DNA of 64,000 nt, from contig OZ242005.1 of the NCBI GenBank assembly GCA_965204725.1, positions 192,001 through 256,000 on the forward strand. Direction: 5' to 3'. This stretch comes from Candidatus Latescibacterota bacterium. Its GTDB lineage: Bacteria > Latescibacterota > UBA2968 > UBA8231. The translations under genes were made by a program, and so were the position numbers. A model generated the notes under the pieces. It saw only the letters and a program-made list of their open reading frames with translations. It was not told the origin of the DNA and made no database searches. Of the stretch, positions 18,249 through 25,570 are shown piece by piece (position 1 is the stretch's first letter; every line of letters starts with the position of its first letter).

Positions 18249-18285
18249 AAAAAAACCCCGTGCCGGGGAAGTTGGCACGGGGGTT
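18249..18285 (-). terminator. Rho-independent terminator downstream of the AT-rich gene pair
   Basis: Stem CCCCGTGCC/GGCACGGGG followed by a T7 run on the minus strand. Confidence 0.7.
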
Positions 18286-18303
18286 GCCTGGGGGTGGGTT
18301 CAG

Positions 18304-18582
18304 CTATTGGTTGAGCGATTTTATGATTACATGAACTACAATCGTGCCAATTAAGGTTGCAGCGATGGAAATAGCAGTATATAGGAGTTGCTTCGTTGTA
18401 ATCATGCTGGCTTTGATTTCTGTTACGGTCGTTTTTATTTCATCTACTGTTGCTTCAAGATTGGAAATTCTCTCTTCTAGTTTATCTAGCCTGTAATCTC
18501 TTACGCGATTTCCATTTCCATTATACCCACGAGCGTTTTCTTGATTTGGGTCTTGCCGAAAATCAGGTTTAATAGTACTCAT
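18304..18582 (-). CDS. Small hypothetical protein: coiled coil + C-terminal transmembrane helix
   Basis: Heptad pattern RLDKLEERISNLEATVDEIK; hydrophobic LLYTAISIAATLIGTIVVHVII; AT-rich. Confidence 0.7.
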   Translation of the reverse strand: MSTIKPDFRQDPNQENARGYNGNGNRVRDYRLDKLEERISNLEATVDEIKTTVTEIKASMITTKQLLYTAISIAATLIGTIVVHVIIKSLNQ

Positions 18583-18853
18583 CGTGTTTCTCCACCCACT
18601 TAAACCAATCCCATAGAGCGCGTGCAGTAAAACCCGCGTATGAACCTTCTAATTTTAGAACGACGCCAGGAGCTATAGATTCCTCTCCTTTAATTCCCAG
18701 TCTCCTCGCTATGGTTTCAGGAATATCGTCGTCTTGAATAAAGAATATAGTCTCCGAAAATTCATAGTGTTTTGAATACCACTGATCGATTAGATTTCGG
18801 AATTGCGGATCGGCTGAATCATTTAATAAAACAACAAAGGTTGACGTCGCCAT
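18569..18853 (-). CDS. Small hypothetical protein (alpha/beta)
   Basis: 94-aa AT-rich ORF with upstream purine-rich tract; overlaps the next gene by 14 bp. Confidence 0.7.
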   Translation of the reverse strand: MATSTFVVLLNDSADPQFRNLIDQWYSKHYEFSETIFFIQDDDIPETIARRLGIKGEESIAPGVVLKLEGSYAGFTARALWDWFKWVEKHDEYY

Positions 18854-18974
18854 TACTCGGACCCTTTCTCGGCGAGGCTTGTACCCCTACTTAGTGGGGC
18901 TTCACTAATTAAATAACGTACCCTGAACAATTGTCAAGTTTTCGTGCTTTGCCCACTTCAGAGGAGGTGCTGTT

Positions 18975-19679
18975 GTGACACCACTAGATTACGGACGCTC
19001 GTTTGTACTGGGCAACGGCCCGGAAAACGAAGTGCGGTTTTGGGTCGAGTCGCGGACGCGCATCGTCAGCGAAGCCTCCGGCCAGAGCGAGGATTACGTG
19101 CAGGTGGGGTCGTGCAAGAGCGAGCACACCTTTGCCCGAGAAAACCTCCTGCACGAGGACAACTACGACTTTCTGCCGGTCTTTGGCCCGGAGTGGTCGG
19201 TCGTCTATCGGCGTCACGCCGACCTGCGCGACAGCTATCGAGAAATCCGCCGCTCACAGGAGTGGTGGAATGGGCAACAATACCGCCTGATCGTCGGGCG
19301 CGAGGTGGAGGAACTGACCAGCGCGGCGGCCGTGCGCGAAGCGACCTACGCTGCCGTGCCAATCGTCGCGCAAACCCACGTGCGGAACGAGGAAACCGGG
19401 TTGCAGGCGATCCTAGAGTACCCGGTCAAAACCATGAACACCAATCGCGCCAACGACCTCTATCAAGTGGATACCGGCCCGGTGGCCTTCCCCGACCTGA
19501 GCCAGCGTCGCGCCCGCCACGTCGAGGCCCTATCCCTCGCCTTTGTGGTTTTCAATGCCCCGCACTTTGCCGACTTCGTCCTCGAAGCACCGACTCGCGT
19601 AGGCGACGAGCAGGTGTATCACTATTCCAAGCTAGTGTCCCTATCGGCGGTAAACAGGCTCTATGCGGTGCGCGCTTAG
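18975..19679 (+). CDS. Hypothetical protein
   Basis: Strong RBS GAGGAGG before GTG; natural composition; no recognised motif. Confidence 0.75.
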   Translation: MTPLDYGRSFVLGNGPENEVRFWVESRTRIVSEASGQSEDYVQVGSCKSEHTFARENLLHEDNYDFLPVFGPEWSVVYRRHADLRDSYREIRRSQEWWNGQQYRLIVGREVEELTSAAAVREATYAAVPIVAQTHVRNEETGLQAILEYPVKTMNTNRANDLYQVDTGPVAFPDLSQRRARHVEALSLAFVVFNAPHFADFVLEAPTRVGDEQVYHYSKLVSLSAVNRLYAVRA

Positions 19680-19736
19680 AAGCTGGTTGGAAGTTTTGTC
19701 CAAATCCCTCATTCACTATGGCTTAAAGGAGATGCT

Positions 19737-20738
19737 ATGTACAGAGTAGGAGTTATTGGCTGCCGGGGCATTGGCAAGCGGCACGCCCAAGGGGCCGCGC
19801 AACTGGAAAACGCCGAGGTCGTGGCCGCTTGCGATCTCGTGCCGGAGCAACGCGACGAATTTGCCGCGCAGTTTAAGGAGACTAGTCCCGCGCTGAAGAT
19901 GTACGCCGACTATCGGGAGATGCTGGAAAAGGCCCAGCTCGACATCGTTACGGTGGCCACCGGCGACAACCGGCACGCCGACTTGGTGGTAGCCGCGGCC
20001 GAAGCCGGTGCCAAGGGGATTTTCTGCGAAAAGCCACTGGCGACCAGCGTGGAGGACGCGGACCGCATGGTGACGGCCGCAGAACGCCACAACGCCTTGC
20101 TGTCCGTCGATCACACTCGCCACTGGATGCCCGTCTGGCATCGCTGCCACGAACTGGTGACGGCCGGCGAGATTGGCGACGTGAGAGCGGTCTTGTGCGA
20201 ACACTACGGCACGCGCTCAATGCTGTTCCGCAACGGCACCCACCTGCTCGACGCCATTTTCTGGTTCGCCGGTAGCAAACCAGAGTGGCTCGTCGCCGAG
20301 TTGGAGGACGGGTACGAAGACTACAGCGAGTATCGCGGCGACGGCGGACACGACCCAGCCACCGAGCCGAGTGCCAACGCTTACATCCATTTTGCCAACG
20401 GCGTACGCGGGGTCTATCTCGGAGAAAAACAAACTCCCAACCGACTCGACTTCACTGTGGTCGGCACTACGGGTGCCATTTTCATCGAGCGGGAAGGCGA
20501 TGCGTACCTCGAGCGGGGCGGAGAGCGAGTGTTGGTTGAACCGCGCCCGTGGGAGGTGGATGGAATCGAAGCGGGCGTCCATGAACTCGTGCGCGCACTC
20601 GACGGCACCGGTGCGCTATCGTGTACTGGCCGCGATGGTCTGATCGTTGTGGAGATGATGATCGCCTGCCTGCAATCGCAGCAGCAGAACAACTCAAAAG
20701 TCGCGCTGCCGCTACCCCGCGTACGCGGAGGCAGTTGA
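19737..20738 (+). CDS. Gfo/Idh/MocA family oxidoreductase
   Basis: VGVIGCRGIG, FCEKPLA, NGTHLLD; RBS AAGGAG. Confidence 0.9.
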   Translation: MYRVGVIGCRGIGKRHAQGAAQLENAEVVAACDLVPEQRDEFAAQFKETSPALKMYADYREMLEKAQLDIVTVATGDNRHADLVVAAAEAGAKGIFCEKPLATSVEDADRMVTAAERHNALLSVDHTRHWMPVWHRCHELVTAGEIGDVRAVLCEHYGTRSMLFRNGTHLLDAIFWFAGSKPEWLVAELEDGYEDYSEYRGDGGHDPATEPSANAYIHFANGVRGVYLGEKQTPNRLDFTVVGTTGAIFIEREGDAYLERGGERVLVEPRPWEVDGIEAGVHELVRALDGTGALSCTGRDGLIVVEMMIACLQSQQQNNSKVALPLPRVRGGS

Positions 20739-20757
20739 GTAGGTGGGGCGACCTATT

Positions 20758-21471
20758 TCAGCAACAGCCCTTCACCTCTCGGTTGGAAGAGGCTTGACAG
20801 CGCATGAACTCGTAGAACAGTGCCCCGGCTGCCGCCCCTAGCACCGGACCGACGACGTAGGCCGCAAAAGCCGTCCATTCGCCGGCTGCCAGCGCGGGGC
20901 CTAAGCTGCGGGCTGGATTCATCGAGGCTCCGCACAACGGCCCGGCGAATAGGGCCTCTAGCCCCACCGTGCCGCCAATGGCCAAACCAGCCGCCGGCCC
21001 TACGGCGCGAAAATCGGTCGCCATGCTCATAATGACCAGCATCAGCAAAAAGGTCAGCATGAATTCCCACACTAGGGCCGTGGTGAACAGGCCATCTACC
21101 GGCCGGGTGACTCCCAAGTTCAGCACCTGTTGAGGTTGCGTGGCGGCCAGCACCGACGACAAACTCGCCACGTGTATGCCGCTGGCCGCCACGGCCCCGG
21201 CGCATTGGGCCGAGATATAGGGCGCGATCTCCCTTGTGGGAAAATGCCGCGTCAGGGCGAACGCGAGGGTCACCGCCGGGTTGAAATGCGCTCCAGAAAT
21301 GTGGCCGGTGGCATAGATCATCACCATGACGACCAGCCCAAACGCAGCGGCAATGCCGACATGGCTGACCGCGCCGCCGGAAATCTGGTCGATGGCCACC
21401 GCGCCGCAACCGGCAAAGACAATGGCAAACGCGCCGATGAATTCGGCGGCGCATTTTCGCAATAGATTCAT
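20758..21471 (-). CDS. MIP family channel (aquaporin/NIP-like)
   Basis: AEFIG, HISGAHFNPAVT and ASMNPARSLGP. Confidence 0.93.
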   Translation of the reverse strand: MNLLRKCAAEFIGAFAIVFAGCGAVAIDQISGGAVSHVGIAAAFGLVVMVMIYATGHISGAHFNPAVTLAFALTRHFPTREIAPYISAQCAGAVAASGIHVASLSSVLAATQPQQVLNLGVTRPVDGLFTTALVWEFMLTFLLMLVIMSMATDFRAVGPAAGLAIGGTVGLEALFAGPLCGASMNPARSLGPALAAGEWTAFAAYVVGPVLGAAAGALFYEFMRCQASSNREVKGCC

Positions 21472-21554
21472 GGTTTTCCGAACTCTCCAGCGGGACACTC
21501 CCGCACTGGGCGCGGGCGACCTTTTCGCAGCCTGATGATGCGCTTGGTCCTTTT

Positions 21555-21581
21555 CTGGATTCCCGCGTTCGCGGGAATGAC
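21555..21581. repeat. ATTCCC-N8-GGGAAT palindrome (dRS3/REP-like)
   Basis: CTGGATTCCCGCGTTCGCGGGAATGAC; inverse copy at 23701-23727. Confidence 0.85.
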
Positions 21582-21631
21582 CCCTAGAGTCATCAGGCAA
21601 GATTGCCCCGTCAAACGATCTCTCAGGGCGG

Positions 21632-23635
21632 TCACCGCTCCAATCGCGTCAACGCACGCTGGGCCTTGGCGTACTCAGGGGCCAAGCGCAGCGTCAGGCG
21701 GTAGAACTTTGCTGCCTCGTCGAATTGGCCTAAGTCGTGGTAGGCCGCTCCTAGGTTGAAGGCGATCAAGTGATTGTCGGGCGCGGCCTTTAGCGCTATG
21801 GAGAAATAATCAACCGCCCGCTCCAACGCCCCTTGCCGAACCTCGATCAAGCCCAGCGCATTGGCCGCCTGCGCCCGCACCACGTCGCCACGCAGCGCCG
21901 CGACAAAGGCGGCCCGAGCCTGCTCGGTTGCTCCCATGCTCTCATAGACCCGTCCCAGCGACAGAAAAACCGCGGCGTCGGCCTTTGTGGCCAGCGCTCG
22001 GCGGTAGTGGTCCACCGCTTGCTCGTATCGTCCCGTAGCCCGGTACAAAGCCGCCAAGTTGAGGTGCAGTCCCCGGTCGTCGGGCACTTGCGCCAAGGCT
22101 CGCCGATAAACCGCTTCAGCTTCGGAGTAGCGCCGCATCGCGGCCAACGCCGCGCCTAGATTGTGGCGGGCCTGTAGGTAACTGGAATCGAGTTGCACGG
22201 CGGTTCCAAAGGAGCGCACCGCAGCCGCGTACTGCCCCTGTTGGGCCTCGACGCGCCCTAGATCAAAGTGTATTTCCGCGTCGGCCCAAGGGTCGGCCGG
22301 CCGCAGACCAGCGTTGGCTACGACCGCCAGCAAGACGACAACCGCCATCCCGATCCCCAAGCGACGCCACTGCCGGGCCTGCCCCTGTTGCACCAGCCAG
22401 ACCAGAGCGTACCCGGCAAACGGCAACAGCAGCGGCACTAAGGGCAAGCGATAGCGGCTAGTAATAAAAAAGAGCAGCAGCGAGGCGCTGTACGCGCCGA
22501 TGCAGAGCAGCAGCAAACCCGCTTGGGGCCGATACCGCCAAGCGAGCACCATGCCCACAGCGGCCAAAGGTCCCAGCAGCCCAAAAGGAACGGCGAAGTG
22601 GTCGATTTTCCACAGCAAGACGCCTAGCAGCCAAGAATAGGTGCGGGCAAAGTACACGTCTTGGTTGCGTTTGATCTCCTCGCCGCGCACCAACAAGAAC
22701 GCCTTGTATCCCAACAACCGCACAAAATCCCCCGGCGCGCTGGCGATCCAGTCGCCGGCTTGCCGGTAGAAGTACGCCGAGCGGTCTGCGTACCCTACGT
22801 GGCCCGCGGTCACCGGCTGCTCCATAAGGGCCTCCCAAGCCGGCCCGGGGCGGATTGCCACCAAGCGGTCGTAATCGGGATGGTTGCCCAAGTAGAAATT
22901 CACGCCGCCGTTCCAAGACAAGGGGATAAACTCGCCGCTGACCACCCAATTCCTCGCGGTCACCGCCCCGACCACGGCACTGGCGGTCGCCGCAAAAAGC
23001 AGGCACCAAGCCAGCTTGCTCCGCACGGCTCGCTCGGCGCTCTTCCAGTACCACAGGCCGGCGCAAAAAGCCAGCACCGCCGCATTGGGCACGGCGATTA
23101 TGGCCAAGCCTTGGACGAGGCCGGCGGCTAGGGCCTGTCCCCAGCCCCGGCCGGGCTGGAGCAGGATAAAGAGCAACAGGAGATTGAGGAAAACGGCCAG
23201 CGCGGTGGGCAGCAGCTCGCCTTCAAAATAGATGGAGGGGCCGTATAGACAGGCCATGCCCCCAGCCAAGAGCCCGACTCGGGTGCCAAAAACCTGCCGA
23301 CCAAGACCAAAAACCAAGGCACAAGAGGCCGCTCCCAAGAGCAACTGGATAAATCGGGGCGTCCAGAACAAGTCGCCGGAAACAGCGTAGATCGCGGCGA
23401 GAACATAAGGGTATAAAGGCGGTTGCCAAAAGGGCTTAGTGCCGATCCAAGAGTCCTCGGCGAGCTGCCGCGCCTGAGCACAGTACGAGTGCGCGTCCAC
23501 GACCGGGGCCGCGAAGAAGGGATTGTCCGCGCTGTGCTCCAGATAGACCAGCCGCACGGCCAAAGATAGGAGCCCCAGCCCGCCAGCCATCCCCAAGGCG
23601 CGCCGACTCATGGGGGCCGAGGGCGGCTTATTCAT
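21632..23635 (-). CDS. GT-C fold glycosyltransferase (GT39/PMT_2/ArnT-like) with C-terminal TPRs
   Basis: VDAHSY...FWQPPLYPY, multiple TM segments, SRYRLP, TPR consensus (ARHNLG, AFNLG). Confidence 0.82.
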   Translation of the reverse strand: MNKPPSAPMSRRALGMAGGLGLLSLAVRLVYLEHSADNPFFAAPVVDAHSYCAQARQLAEDSWIGTKPFWQPPLYPYVLAAIYAVSGDLFWTPRFIQLLLGAASCALVFGLGRQVFGTRVGLLAGGMACLYGPSIYFEGELLPTALAVFLNLLLLFILLQPGRGWGQALAAGLVQGLAIIAVPNAAVLAFCAGLWYWKSAERAVRSKLAWCLLFAATASAVVGAVTARNWVVSGEFIPLSWNGGVNFYLGNHPDYDRLVAIRPGPAWEALMEQPVTAGHVGYADRSAYFYRQAGDWIASAPGDFVRLLGYKAFLLVRGEEIKRNQDVYFARTYSWLLGVLLWKIDHFAVPFGLLGPLAAVGMVLAWRYRPQAGLLLLCIGAYSASLLLFFITSRYRLPLVPLLLPFAGYALVWLVQQGQARQWRRLGIGMAVVVLLAVVANAGLRPADPWADAEIHFDLGRVEAQQGQYAAAVRSFGTAVQLDSSYLQARHNLGAALAAMRRYSEAEAVYRRALAQVPDDRGLHLNLAALYRATGRYEQAVDHYRRALATKADAAVFLSLGRVYESMGATEQARAAFVAALRGDVVRAQAANALGLIEVRQGALERAVDYFSIALKAAPDNHLIAFNLGAAYHDLGQFDEAAKFYRLTLRLAPEYAKAQRALTRLER

Positions 23636-23753
23636 ATTGCAGTCCTAAATGACTTGAAAGCATGGAATGTTCATCGGCACCGTCTTTTTGCATATCAGGC
23701 GTCATTCCCGCGAAAGCGGGAATCCAGTCTTGAATGATGTAGGATTGCTATAT
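23634..23753. mobile_element. About 120-bp MITE-like insertion
   Basis: Imperfect terminal inverted repeats (15/19), flanking TA (or 8-bp ATATTGCA) duplication, internal ATTCCC-N8-GGGAAT palindrome; removal restores overlapping genes. Confidence 0.72.
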
Positions 23754-25558
23754 TGCACGCCCCGTCCTTGCTCAATGAGCAAATGCCGGTCGGCAGGTAA
23801 CGCCCGAAAGACCTGCATGGCACCATGGGGCCATTGGACTTCGAGCCGGTCAATGCGCGGGTGGTCGCCCAATCCTACATGCAGCCGCCGATCGCCGGCC
23901 GATAAATAGCTGCTCCCGCTTCTGACGAGACGGCGCTGGTCCAACGAACCGGTCACCACGCGCACCTCGGCCCCCACAGCATCGCGGTTGGCCCCGGTAG
24001 CCACGAGCTTGATCGAGGCCCAGTGACGCCCGTTGCCGTTGTGGTTGCGCACCAGCTTGGCCGGGCCGCCGCAATTGGTCACCAAAAGGTCCAAATCGCC
24101 GTCGCCATCCCAGTCGCCCCGGGCCAGCCCCCGGCTTATTTGCTCTTGCGCGAACCAACTCCCCGCGCTATCGGCCACCTCAACGAACCGGCAGGCGCCA
24201 TCGTTGCGAAACAACTGATGCGCTTGGGCGTAGCGCACCCCAGGTTGCAACACCTCGACGCGGTCCAAAACATGGCCGGTGGCTACGTACAGGTCGGAGT
24301 CGCCATCGTGGTCGTAGTCGAAAAACGCGGTGCCAAAGCCCAAATAGAGCCAGCTCGGCCGGCCCAAGCCCGCCGCCGCGGTCACATCCTTGAAGTAGGT
24401 TCCCTCGTTGCGATAGAGCGTATTGGTTTCGCGGGAGAAATTGGTGACGAACAGATCCCAGTCACCATCGCGGTCGCAATCGCTAATATCGACTCCCATG
24501 CCGGCCTCGGGTTGGCCGCGCACATTGTAGGCCACCCCGGCTTGCAGGGCTATATCGCGGAACGTGCCATCGCCAGCGTTTTGGTAGAGAAAGTTGGCTA
24601 CCCCGTCGTTGGCTACGTACAGATCTTGGTAGCCGTCCTCGTTCCAGTCCCAAGCCACCACGCCCAGCCCCTTGCCCTTGGGATTGGCAATGCCAGCGGC
24701 CATGGACACCTCGACAAAAGTACCGTCCCCCGCGTTGTGGTAGAGCACATCGGGCACCCCCCCATACTCGCTGGGCGCGCAGTACGAGCGCGAATTTTCG
24801 CCAATGGCGCGCAAGCCCGCGTCGTCCGTGTGGATGAAGCCGCCGCAGACTTTGTTGGTCGCTAGGGTAAAATCGAGATAGTTGACCACGTACAGATCGA
24901 GCGAGCCGTCGTTGTCGCGGTCGAAAAAGGCGGCGCTGGTGCTCCATTGGGGAGCCTCGACGCCCCGGCCGCGGACGAAGGTAGCGTCCCCGCGGTTGCG
25001 ATAGAAGGCGTTGGGGCCGTAGTTGGTCGCGTACAGGTCTTGGTCGCCATCGTTGTCAGCATCGGCCACGGCGACGCCCATGCCATAGCCTGAGTCCGCG
25101 GCCCCACCAGCCTGGGGCACTTCGACAAAAGTACCCGTCCCTTCGTTGCGGTAGAGCGCGTTGCCCCTCGGTTCCACTCCAGCCGGGGGGGCCAGCTCAA
25201 CCGCATAATCGGCTGGGTCGGCCGAGCGTTCCTCCGGGCTGGGGGCCGATGGAGCCACCCAATAGAGGCCGCTTTCTCGGCGCACCAAGTTGATCGGCCG
25301 GGCGTCCAAGCCCCTTAGATCAAAGCCGTCAACCAGATAGACATCCAAGTCGCCGTCCTCGTCAAAGTCGGCCAAGGCCCCGCCGGCCCCCATGGTCTCG
25401 ATGAGAAAGTACTGCCCGGCCGCGCCGTTTTCGTGGACAAAGGAAAGGCCCGCTTGGTCGGTCGCATCGGTGAAATACACGGCCGGCGGCTCGCTTTGGC
25501 AGCCCAAGGCCCAGCCAAGCACCCCAATAGCCGTCCATCGTTGGACTGGGCGGCCCAC
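23702..25558 (-). CDS. CRTAC1 family lipoprotein (FG-GAP/VCBS repeats + ASPIC/UnbV domain)
   Basis: Lipobox ALGC; repeated DxDxDGDLD motifs; NRDAVGA...GSSYLS...HVGLG...VQWP. Confidence 0.9.
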   Translation of the reverse strand: MGRPVQRWTAIGVLGWALGCQSEPPAVYFTDATDQAGLSFVHENGAAGQYFLIETMGAGGALADFDEDGDLDVYLVDGFDLRGLDARPINLVRRESGLYWVAPSAPSPEERSADPADYAVELAPPAGVEPRGNALYRNEGTGTFVEVPQAGGAADSGYGMGVAVADADNDGDQDLYATNYGPNAFYRNRGDATFVRGRGVEAPQWSTSAAFFDRDNDGSLDLYVVNYLDFTLATNKVCGGFIHTDDAGLRAIGENSRSYCAPSEYGGVPDVLYHNAGDGTFVEVSMAAGIANPKGKGLGVVAWDWNEDGYQDLYVANDGVANFLYQNAGDGTFRDIALQAGVAYNVRGQPEAGMGVDISDCDRDGDWDLFVTNFSRETNTLYRNEGTYFKDVTAAAGLGRPSWLYLGFGTAFFDYDHDGDSDLYVATGHVLDRVEVLQPGVRYAQAHQLFRNDGACRFVEVADSAGSWFAQEQISRGLARGDWDGDGDLDLLVTNCGGPAKLVRNHNGNGRHWASIKLVATGANRDAVGAEVRVVTGSLDQRRLVRSGSSYLSAGDRRLHVGLGDHPRIDRLEVQWPHGAMQVFRALPADRHLLIEQGRGVQYSNPTSFKTGFPLSRE

Positions 25559-25570
25559 TGCGCCTCCGCC

